Positions 7,565 to 15,366 of a stretch of 32,000 bases of DNA are shown here, piece by piece; the stretch's first letter is position 1, and every line of letters starts with the position of its first letter. The notes beneath the pieces were generated by a model, which was given only the letters and a program-made list of their open reading frames with translations, ran no database searches and had not been told where the DNA came from. Origin of the DNA: an uncultured Opitutales bacterium (GTDB lineage Bacteria > Verrucomicrobiota > Verrucomicrobiia > Opitutales > Intestinicryptomonadaceae); the NCBI GenBank assembly GCA_934613415.1, contig CAKTSY010000004.1, positions 30,001-62,000 on the forward strand, written 5' to 3'. The position numbers and the translations under genes are program-made.

Positions 7565-8887
7565 ATGAAAAGACAATATTTACATACCCAATTTTTATTT
7601 ACATCGGCATTGTTGTTGTGTTCTTGCGCCTTTGCGCAAACTGCGCAAAAAACACAGGCAACCCCAAGCGTCATTGCGTCGGAATTTAATTCGGCAATAG
7701 AGGCAAAAAACAACGCCTACAATATGGCGCAGGATTTCTCCTCGGCATACTCTTCTACAAAAAAGCTTTATACCGACTACAAAAAACAGCTGCGCGAATT
7801 CGAAAAATCGCTTAAGACATTCAACTGCAATCTGGAAAAAACCGAGGGCAATTTGGCGGCGCACAAAAAGGCTTTGGGCGAATTTGCCGACAAGCTTAAA
7901 AGCGTTGCCGACATCTACGACTTTTCAAAAAACACAATACAATCTACCAAAGACAAAATTGCCGAAACCGAAAAGGTTGTAATGGCCGCCACGGGCGAAA
8001 ATTTCCAGAACAAAAAACAGTTTGAAATTGTAAAGTCGAATTTCAATGCGGCGGTAAACGCGCTTAGCTACGCGCAAAAACGCGCGGTTTCGTACATGCT
8101 TACAGCCCCGATGAACGCGGTTGCAACCGAGGGCGCAGTGTCGTCGTTGGCAAGCGCAAAAAGCTATGCAAAAAAGGCGCAAAGCGCAATGGAGGGGCAA
8201 AGCGAAAAATTCGACGAAATGAAGAAAAGTTTTGACGGCGCAAAAGCGGCCTTAAAAACCCTGCAAAAAAGCTACATAGCCCTTTCCGAAAAAGAGGCGT
8301 ATGCAAGGGCGCAAACGCTTGCCGCATTTACGGAATTTACAAAGGCTTATATAAATAACCCATCAAAATTTCAAGACTGCAACACAAAGTTAAACTCGTC
8401 GCCATTCGCCTTTGACGATTGCGCCGAAAGCGACCCTATTGCACTAGCTGAAAAAGCAAAAAATCGCTATCTTTCAAAATCGGCAAATTCGCAGTTGCCA
8501 ATGGCGGCCTCATACAACGAATCCAAATTTGAAAGGGCAAACGCCGAAAGCAATGTCGGTAAAATTTCGCAGGATTTCGCCCAAATAGAATACGCAACGC
8601 GCGTTTTAAACAAGGCGGCACAAACATTAAACGCAATATGCTTTGCCTACGAAAACGAACGCCTGCAAGCCGAAAGCGAGGCGCAAAACGCCGAAAATTT
8701 GCTTGTAAAAGGCATTTCGCTTTTCTCGCAATCGCAGTTCTTTTTGGGCAATGTTAAAATGCTTGATATGCGCATAAAACAGCTTGCCGAAAAGGAAAAG
8801 TTTGTAAAAGGCGAATTCGAAAAATTGGCAAAGCAAAGCGAATCGGCTTTCGAAAATTCGCTAAACTTGGCAAAGCAAATTAAATAA
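7565..8887 (+). CDS. Secreted, predominantly alpha-helical/coiled-coil protein of unknown function
   Basis: I start at ATG 7565 (MKRQYLHTQFLFTSALLLCSCAFAQ, signal peptide with AFA|Q) rather than the TTG at 7514. The mature part is rich in A, K, E, Q, S and N with heptad-like stretches. I recognise no enzymatic motif. Confidence 0.75.
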   Translation: MKRQYLHTQFLFTSALLLCSCAFAQTAQKTQATPSVIASEFNSAIEAKNNAYNMAQDFSSAYSSTKKLYTDYKKQLREFEKSLKTFNCNLEKTEGNLAAHKKALGEFADKLKSVADIYDFSKNTIQSTKDKIAETEKVVMAATGENFQNKKQFEIVKSNFNAAVNALSYAQKRAVSYMLTAPMNAVATEGAVSSLASAKSYAKKAQSAMEGQSEKFDEMKKSFDGAKAALKTLQKSYIALSEKEAYARAQTLAAFTEFTKAYINNPSKFQDCNTKLNSSPFAFDDCAESDPIALAEKAKNRYLSKSANSQLPMAASYNESKFERANAESNVGKISQDFAQIEYATRVLNKAAQTLNAICFAYENERLQAESEAQNAENLLVKGISLFSQSQFFLGNVKMLDMRIKQLAEKEKFVKGEFEKLAKQSESAFENSLNLAKQIK

Positions 8888-8909
8888 CAATAAAATAAAA
8901 AACAATAAA

Positions 8910-8945
8910 CGCCGCAAAAGAAACAGTGCTTTGCGGCGTTTTTTT
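8910..8945 (+). terminator. Intrinsic terminator
   Basis: Stem cgccgcaaa / tttgcggcg (9 bp), 11-nt loop, then T7. Confidence 0.8.
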
Positions 8946-8961
8946 GGCAAAAATCAGCTTT

Positions 8962-9150
8962 TTAAACTTCGGGCGGGACAATGGCGTTGTTCGCCTTTAG
9001 GGTTTTGCGAACATAGTTTAAATCAAGCTGGGTATTGTCTATATTTTTTAGCGCGGCCAACGCGCTTACGCAGCCTGCCACCTGCCCCATTGCCATGCAC
9101 GATGCCTGAACGCGCATTGCAGAGTTTGCAAATCTATCGACATTGGCAAT
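8962..9150 (-). pseudogene. Remnant: C-terminal ~60 codons of an FAD-dependent oxidoreductase-like gene
   Basis: Stop-to-stop frame reads IANVDRFANSAMRVQASCMAMGQVAGCVSALAALKNIDNTQLDLNYVRKTLKANNAIVPPEV*. The R-V-x-x-x-C-M-A-M-G-Q-x-A-G...AAL pattern is typical of the C-terminus of FAD-dependent oxidoreductases, which run to several hundred aa. A TGA lies directly upstream, and there is no start codon or N-terminal Rossmann part. Confidence 0.5.
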
Positions 9151-9469
9151 TCACCACATAGAAAACGCGCAAAAGCAGAGTTTATACAACAATATCTACC
9201 AATCGCTTAAAGAAGGCTCTGTTTTTGTGAACGCCGAGCAAATTTTGGGGAAGGACGAGTTTGAAATAAAAAGGAACGCCCAAGCCCGCGAAGATTTAAT
9301 TTTAAAGTATATGACGCCGCAAGAAGCCGAGGTTGCAAGAACGCGCCTTAAATGCGACAGGTGCGCCACAATTTTAGACAACATAAAAATGCTGCAAAAC
9401 GCGGGCTTTAAAAACTGTAAATGCGTTTTTGAATATCTCGATTTTGCCGTGATTTATGCCGAAAAGTAG
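9143..9469 (+). pseudogene. Remnant: C-terminal ~108 codons of a class I SAM-dependent methyltransferase
   Basis: LAIHHIENAQKQSLYNNIYQSLKEGSVFVNAEQILG... matches the post-motif-II part of these enzymes (AIHHL...LY..IY..L..GG.F.NA). The GxGxG SAM-binding N-terminal half is missing. The only start is a TTG with no RBS, and the frame is closed by a TGA at 9107-9109. Confidence 0.55.
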
Positions 9470-9472
9470 CCT

Positions 9473-11104
9473 TTAAAAAAATATGTTTTTTACGGGAATT
9501 TTAACGTTGTCGGCAATGTCCAGCATTGCGTTTACAAAGTAGACGTTGTCGAAATTTTTTATGTCGCCTTTGCGGATTTCAATTTCCATAACCTTCTTTT
9601 CGGCAACAAGTTTTGCGCGTTTTGTGCCATTTAGCAAACAGGTTTTGGGCGTATATAATTTGCCAGATTTTTCGAACACCAAATTTGCGTACGAGCTATC
9701 GCAAACAAAGTCGTTTTTGCATATAATAACATCTTGGCATTCGCCCTTTTTTGCGGCAAGCTCGTTTAGGCGGCTTCGGTCTGCAAACTTGTAGGAATAA
9801 TCTATATCGCCACAGTCTACAACCTTTAGAGAATCTATTTTTTTCGGCGTATATTTTGCAATTTCAACCTTTTCTATTTTGTCGGAATATTCAATCCTTA
9901 GCTTGTATGTTCCGTTGCACCCTAGTCTTGCATTTGTCTTTACAATTTCCGAAAAATTTTCGGGGGTAGCTTCTGGGTAAAAGTCGCGCAAAGTTTTCAG
10001 ATAGCGCTGTTCGTTAAGCGCAAAATCGGCAACAGCGTCTTTTACCTTTATTGTTTCTATAAACTTCGGCTTAAGCGGAATGTATATTTTCTCGACAATT
10101 TCGGCATATTCCGAATTTGCGTCGCTTAAATAGGTAATGCCGCCGCCGCTTTTGTAGTAGGTTTTTCCGCCCGATTTTTCCATACACCTAATGGCCACCG
10201 CCGAATCGAAATTTTCGGAATCGAAATAACCGAATATGCCCGTGTAAAAGCCCCTTTTTTCGCCCTCACATTCGCTTAAAATTTCTACCGTTTTGGGTTT
10301 TGGCGCACCCGAAATAGAGCCTGCGGGCAAGATGTTTTTTAGAATGTCGCCAATTAAAATATTCTTTAAATTGCCCGAAATTTCCGAGCTTGTCTGTATA
10401 ATGTCGGACTTGTTTGCGCGTTTTATGCGGGTAACAAACCTAAAGCGGTTCACCCTAACCGAGTCGGCAACAAGCGCCAAATCGTTGCGTATTAGGTCTA
10501 CAATGGTATTGTGCTCTTGCAGCTCTTTTTGGTCGTTTAGCAAAATACTCTCGGCGTCGGGAATGTCGGCGTTAATTGTGCCTTTCATCGGGTACGAATA
10601 TATTTTGCCGCCTTTAATTTTCACGAAACATTCGGGCGAAAAGCACACAAAGTCTTCGCCCAAGCACACCGCATATTCGCTTTTTGCCGAATAAAAAACG
10701 TCGCTAAAAGACGCGTTTAAAAAAACCTCGGTCTTTCCGGTTAAGTTTGCCAAAAAAGAATTGCCGTGCTTTATGTTGTTTTGCAGCTTTTCAAATTTTA
10801 CAAAATACGCGGCTTTGTTTGGCGGAACAACTTTTAATGTTGCATTTAAAAGTTTTGGGGTGGTTGCGGCTGCGTTTGTGAAATTGCCGAACCTAAACTT
10901 AACAAAATTTGCGTATTTAAAAAAATCGGACTCCTGCAAAAATACCGCCCTTTGCATTTCGTAGTCTACCATAATAAAAAACGGGATTTTGCGCAAATGG
11001 CAATAGTTTGCGCGCTGTATGGCGTTTTTAAATGTGGTAAAAATTTCGGGGCAATTAAACATACAAGGCAAATACGATAAGCCCCAAATTTTTGCCCTCA
11101 ACAA
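9473..11104 (-). CDS. pabB: Aminodeoxychorismate synthase component I fused to an aminodeoxychorismate lyase-like (class IV aminotransferase fold) domain
   Basis: The N-terminal ~345 aa form a chorismate-binding domain (PFFIMVDYEM, HNTIVDLIRNDL, GSISGAPKPKTVEIL, EKRGFYTGIFGYF, AIRCME, SGGGITYLSDANSEYAE). The C-terminal ~195 aa are PabC-like (FIETIKV...YKFADR...DVIICKNDFVCDSSYANLVF...LNGTKR). The start is uncertain: Met1 at 11104 or Met15 at 11062. Confidence 0.8.
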   Translation of the reverse strand: MLRAKIWGLSYLPCMFNCPEIFTTFKNAIQRANYCHLRKIPFFIMVDYEMQRAVFLQESDFFKYANFVKFRFGNFTNAAATTPKLLNATLKVVPPNKAAYFVKFEKLQNNIKHGNSFLANLTGKTEVFLNASFSDVFYSAKSEYAVCLGEDFVCFSPECFVKIKGGKIYSYPMKGTINADIPDAESILLNDQKELQEHNTIVDLIRNDLALVADSVRVNRFRFVTRIKRANKSDIIQTSSEISGNLKNILIGDILKNILPAGSISGAPKPKTVEILSECEGEKRGFYTGIFGYFDSENFDSAVAIRCMEKSGGKTYYKSGGGITYLSDANSEYAEIVEKIYIPLKPKFIETIKVKDAVADFALNEQRYLKTLRDFYPEATPENFSEIVKTNARLGCNGTYKLRIEYSDKIEKVEIAKYTPKKIDSLKVVDCGDIDYSYKFADRSRLNELAAKKGECQDVIICKNDFVCDSSYANLVFEKSGKLYTPKTCLLNGTKRAKLVAEKKVMEIEIRKGDIKNFDNVYFVNAMLDIADNVKIPVKNIFF

Positions 11105-11112
11105 AAATATTC

Positions 11113-11138
11113 AAAAAAAACGCGGCAAGGCTGCCGCG
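11113..11138 (-). terminator. Intrinsic terminator after the cupin gene
   Basis: Minus strand: stem cgcggca / tgccgcg with a 4-nt loop, followed by T8. Confidence 0.75.
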
Positions 11139-11146
11139 CAAAAACT

Positions 11147-11473
11147 TCAGTTTTTAAGCATTGTAAGCTGCATTTTAAACGGCTCTACCGCATATACCGA
11201 ATGCGTTATGTTTGCCGGCATAATAACCGATTCGCCGCTTTTTAGCGAAAGCGGTTTTTTGCCTATCACTATTTCGGCGCGCCCGTCTAAAACCTGCAAA
11301 AGCGCGTCGAACGGCGCACTATGCGGGCTTAGCCTTTGGCCTTTGTCGAACGAAAAAAGCGTTATCGTTCCCGAATTTTTGTCCAACACGCGACGGCTAA
11401 CAATGCTGTCGAACTCGTATTCTACCGAATTTTTAAAATCCAAAACTTCAGATTCTTGCATTTTGTTTTCCAT
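11147..11473 (-). CDS. Cupin-domain protein
   Basis: 108 aa. Beta-barrel pattern: GTITLFSFDKGQRLSPHSAPFDALLQVLDGRAEIVIG...LKSGESVIMPANITHSV. Confidence 0.7.
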   Translation of the reverse strand: MENKMQESEVLDFKNSVEYEFDSIVSRRVLDKNSGTITLFSFDKGQRLSPHSAPFDALLQVLDGRAEIVIGKKPLSLKSGESVIMPANITHSVYAVEPFKMQLTMLKN

Positions 11474-11530
11474 ATAAAACCCTTCGGTTTTAAATCGGAA
11501 ATTTGCCGCAATTTTAAAGAATTTTTCGGG

Positions 11531-12286
11531 CTACAAAGTTTCGTCTTTTAAAACGGCAATCAAAAACTCCTTGTTGCCGTCGCCCCCCAAAATGGGAGAC
11601 TCGCATACCCCAATTATCTTTGAATGAACAAGGGTTTTGCGCACAAAATTTTCTATCTTAAGCAGGCATTTTTCGCGCTCGGCTTCGTCTCTTAACACAC
11701 CCTTGTTTTTGCGCATAAGCGTTTTGTCTGCCTCGAACTGTGGCTTTACCAAACAAAGAAGCTTGCCTTTGTCTTTAAGCAACGTCCATAAAACTTCCAG
11801 CACTTTTTCAAGCGAAATAAACGACAAATCGCCCACAATTATGTCGAAAGGTGCATTGGGCGTATTTTGCAAAGTAAGAGTGCGTATATCGGTTTTTTCC
11901 AAATTAGTAACGCGCTTGTCGCCAAGCAACTTTTCGTGAAGCTGCATAGAACCTACATCTACACACAAAACCTGCTTTGCGTTACGCTGCAAAAGGCAGT
12001 CGGTAAAGCCGCCAGTAGAAGCCCCGGCGTCCAGCGCGTTTAGCCCGTCTACCGAAATCGAGCAATAGTCTAAAAGCTTTTCAAGCTTTAGCCCCCCGCG
12101 CGAAACATATTTTAGTATTTGCGCATTTTCCTTTACCGAAATTTTAGAAGTTTCGGCAATTTTGCGCGATGGTTTGTCGACTAAAACGCCGTCGCAAAAG
12201 ACGGCGTTTTCTTCGATAAGGGCGCGGGCTTTAGACCTGCTTTGGGCAAGCCCAAGTTCAACCAAAAGCTCGTCGGCCCTAGTCAT
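11531..12286 (-). CDS. tlyA: TlyA-family rRNA 2'-O-methyltransferase (S4 + FtsJ domains)
   Basis: 251 aa. RADELLVELGLAQSRSKARALI (S4), YVSRGGLKL, LDAGASTGGFTDCLL, DLSFISL. Confidence 0.85.
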   Translation of the reverse strand: MTRADELLVELGLAQSRSKARALIEENAVFCDGVLVDKPSRKIAETSKISVKENAQILKYVSRGGLKLEKLLDYCSISVDGLNALDAGASTGGFTDCLLQRNAKQVLCVDVGSMQLHEKLLGDKRVTNLEKTDIRTLTLQNTPNAPFDIIVGDLSFISLEKVLEVLWTLLKDKGKLLCLVKPQFEADKTLMRKNKGVLRDEAEREKCLLKIENFVRKTLVHSKIIGVCESPILGGDGNKEFLIAVLKDETL

Positions 12287-12288
12287 TG

Positions 12289-14031
12289 CTACTTAAGCAC
12301 TTTGCCGCTTTCGGCGTCGAGAATGCGGAAATTTTCGACGTGGAAGGAAGGATCGGCCCTAAAGGTAAGCTTTAGGTTATATTCCTTTTCAAGCCCGGCC
12401 AAATACTCGTAGTCTTCGGTTTGCAACCTTTTAAGATTTTCGGGATTTAGCATAATAAGCATAGAAACTTCCTTGTCGGCGGGGAATGCGCTGTTGGCGT
12501 TCCTTAAATTGCGCGCTGCCGATAAAATTTTGCGCTGAATTTCCGAGCATACTGTAATTGTGCTTTTTACAAGACCCCTGCCCGAGCAATACGGGCAAGC
12601 CGTGTAAATGCTGCTTGCGTTGCTCATATGGTGACGCTGCCTTGTCATCTGCAAAATGCCCAGCTGCGAAATCGGCAAAACGTGGCTCTTTGCCTTGTCT
12701 TTGTCCATTTCGTCTTTAAGGGTTTTATATACAAGCTGGCGGTCTTTGCGGCTTTTCATATCAACCGAGTCTATAATTATAAGCCCGCCAATGTTCCTTA
12801 GCCTTACCTGACGCGCAGCCTCTTTAACCGCCTCTATGTTTGCCTGAACGATAAAGTCTTTACCGTCGGCACTAGTTCCCTTGTGTCCGCCCGTGTTAAC
12901 GTCTATTGCCGTCAAAGCCTCAGTTTCCTCTATAACGATTTCGCCGCCCGAGGGCAACGCAACCCTTCTTTGGAAAGTCTGGGCAATTTGCTTTTCAATG
13001 TTGTATCTTTCGAAAATCGGAATGTTTTCCTTAAACAGGCTAATTTTCGACCTTGCCCTGCCCGAAATGTCCGAAACCGATTCGAGCATTTTTTCGTACT
13101 CTTCTTTGTTGTCGATTAAAATTCTGTCGGTTTCTTCCGTCAAAAAGTCCCTTAAAGTACGCTCAACTAGGTCGGGTTCCTTATACAAAATGCAGGGGTT
13201 CTTTTCGGTTTCAATCTTTTGCTGAATTTGTTTCCAGGTTTTAAGCAAAATGTTTAAGTCGCGCACAAAGTATGTCCAACGCTTGCCCTGACCGGCCGTA
13301 CGAACAATAACGCCCATGCCTTCGGGTATTTTCATAGACTTTAAGATTTTCTTTATGCGGTCGCGCTCGCGCTTGTCTTCTATCTTGCGCGAAATGCCGC
13401 ACTGGCCTACATAGGGCATAAGAACCAAGTAGCGACCGGGAATTGCAATGTTTGTTGTAACCCTTGGGCCCTTTGTGCCTATCTGCGTTTTTGTTATCTG
13501 AACAACAATGTCGGTACCAATGGGGAATTTTTCGGGAATGTCTTTTGCCGAAAGCTTGCCTACCTGCTTTTTTTGCTCTTTGCTGCGGTTTTCGCGCACA
13601 ACTTCGTAGGAATTGTCGGTAGCCGAGGGGAATATATCCCAATAGTGCAAAAATGCGTTCTTTTGCTGTCCAATATCAACAAAGGCTGCCTTTAAGCCGG
13701 CTTCTAGATTTTGAATTTTGCCCTTAAAGATTGCGCCAACAAGGCTTTCGTCGCCCTTGCGCTCGGTTTCGAACTTTTGCATAACGCCGTTTTCAAGCAA
13801 AACCACCCTTGTTTCGTGCGGTTCAACATTTATCACAAGTTCTCTATACGGAGACTCGTCGCGTTTTAAAAGTCTGATAATCTTTTCGAGCAGCGGACGC
13901 TTTCTTGCCCTAAGCTTTGCTTCGGCGTTCAACTGTTCTACGGGAACGGGGTCTACGTTAACCTCTTGGGGTTTTTGCGTAAGTTCCTCTTCAATTTTAC
14001 TTGTTTTTTGTATAACTTGTTCTTCTTTCAT
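12289..14031 (-). CDS. rng: Rne/Rng-family ribonuclease (RNase G-like)
   Basis: 580 aa. S1 domain [23 protein letters not shown], catalytic core [10 protein letters not shown]...[11 protein letters not shown], Zn-link CPYCSGRG. About 60 aa of N-terminal extension relative to E. coli RNase G. Confidence 0.85.
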   Translation of the reverse strand: MKEEQVIQKTSKIEEELTQKPQEVNVDPVPVEQLNAEAKLRARKRPLLEKIIRLLKRDESPYRELVINVEPHETRVVLLENGVMQKFETERKGDESLVGAIFKGKIQNLEAGLKAAFVDIGQQKNAFLHYWDIFPSATDNSYEVVRENRSKEQKKQVGKLSAKDIPEKFPIGTDIVVQITKTQIGTKGPRVTTNIAIPGRYLVLMPYVGQCGISRKIEDKRERDRIKKILKSMKIPEGMGVIVRTAGQGKRWTYFVRDLNILLKTWKQIQQKIETEKNPCILYKEPDLVERTLRDFLTEETDRILIDNKEEYEKMLESVSDISGRARSKISLFKENIPIFERYNIEKQIAQTFQRRVALPSGGEIVIEETEALTAIDVNTGGHKGTSADGKDFIVQANIEAVKEAARQVRLRNIGGLIIIDSVDMKSRKDRQLVYKTLKDEMDKDKAKSHVLPISQLGILQMTRQRHHMSNASSIYTACPYCSGRGLVKSTITVCSEIQRKILSAARNLRNANSAFPADKEVSMLIMLNPENLKRLQTEDYEYLAGLEKEYNLKLTFRADPSFHVENFRILDAESGKVLK

Positions 14032-14070
14032 TAGATTAGTCTCAATCTAAGACGAAGCCCATACTTTAGC

Positions 14071-15366
14071 CTAAGCATACGATTGGCTGTGCCTGTAAAC
14101 GCTTTGCACAATGCCAAACAGTATCCCGCAAGTTAAAATAAAGGTTCCGCCGTAACTTAACATCGGCAGCGGAAGACCTGTAATAGGCATAATGCCTATG
14201 GTCATTCCGACGTTGATAAATATGTGGGTTGATATTATGGCGGCAGCTCCCACCGACAAATAGCAACCGAACATGTCGCGCGAGCGGGCGGCAGCCCTAA
14301 GGCAACCGAAAACTACACCCGACAATAGAAATATTGCGCTTATTCCGCCAATAAAGCCCGATTCTTCGGCCAAAACCGAAAAAATAAAGTCGTTATAGGC
14401 AACATCGCTGGGCAGGTAGCCCAACTTTGCCTGAGTGCCCTCGGCGTGGCCTTTGCCGGTAAGGGCACCGCTGCCTACTGCAATTAAACTTTGACGGTAA
14501 TTCCAACTTACGCCCTGTCCTTTAGGGTCTACAACCTCGGGGGCAAAAAACGACAATATTCGGTTTCGTTGGTAGTCTTTAAGCGGCAATAAAGAATCGT
14601 CGCTTAAACCGTATGCGTTTTGTGATGCCGAAGTAATAGCCGACATATTTGTCCTTTTTAGGAAAGACGAATAGCCGGAAATATCTATCCACAACGCCCC
14701 CGCAAAAAGCACCAGCAGCGGCACGCCTATAACGGTGCCGTACCAATAAACTTTTTTCGGAAGTTTCGACAGATATAACATTGAAATCAACATTGGTGGA
14801 AAAACAAGTGTAGAGCCTAAGTCGGGTTGCAAAAAAATCAACAAAATTGGTATAAAAAATACCACTAAAACCCTAAAAATTACTTTCGAGAAAGATTTTA
14901 ACGACCCTTTAGATATTTTTGCCCTTGCAAATATGGAAGCTAGCATAATAAGCGTGGCTATTTTTGCCAATTCGGACGGCTGAAGCGAAAATATCGAAAA
15001 GTTTATCCACCTAGTTGCGTTAAAGCGGCTTTGCACCAGCGGGAATTTTATTGGCGTATGTTCTTGTATGGCAAGCGGTAGCAACAAACAAACGGCGGCA
15101 AAATATATAAAGTTTGCGTGCCGCATCAAAACTTCGTAGTCGGTAAAAGCAAGCCACAGGTAAACACCGCCGCCCAAAATTACAAAGAAAATCTGCCTAA
15201 GCCAAAACTGCCTAAAAAACGGAACTTCGTCGATATTATAGCATTGCGCAGAATATATGAACGAAATTCCCAAAAAAGCCAAAAGCAAAAGAAATATAGG
15301 CGTAATAAAGTCGAACTTTAAATTCGACTCTTTCAGCGACTTTTGCGTTTGGTAGTTATATTTCAT
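14071..15366 (-). CDS. rodA: SEDS-family peptidoglycan glycosyltransferase (FtsW/RodA/SpoVE), RodA-like by context
   Basis: I start at MKYNYQTQK (reverse complement of 15364-15366), not the track start at 15504, which lies inside metH. About 10 TM segments. Motifs QPSELAK, LQPDLGS, SDFIFSVLAEESGFIG, GIMPITGLPLPMLSYGGT. It is not in a dcw cluster. Confidence 0.8.
   Translation of the reverse strand: MKYNYQTQKSLKESNLKFDFITPIFLLLLAFLGISFIYSAQCYNIDEVPFFRQFWLRQIFFVILGGGVYLWLAFTDYEVLMRHANFIYFAAVCLLLPLAIQEHTPIKFPLVQSRFNATRWINFSIFSLQPSELAKIATLIMLASIFARAKISKGSLKSFSKVIFRVLVVFFIPILLIFLQPDLGSTLVFPPMLISMLYLSKLPKKVYWYGTVIGVPLLVLFAGALWIDISGYSSFLKRTNMSAITSASQNAYGLSDDSLLPLKDYQRNRILSFFAPEVVDPKGQGVSWNYRQSLIAVGSGALTGKGHAEGTQAKLGYLPSDVAYNDFIFSVLAEESGFIGGISAIFLLSGVVFGCLRAAARSRDMFGCYLSVGAAAIISTHIFINVGMTIGIMPITGLPLPMLSYGGTFILTCGILFGIVQSVYRHSQSYA

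Noticed and set aside
8931-9161. 76-aa plus-strand ORF (MRRFFGKNQLFKLRAG...)
   Set aside because: It starts inside the terminator T-tract, is Arg/Pro/Leu-rich, and lies opposite the much more convincing oxidoreductase-remnant frame.
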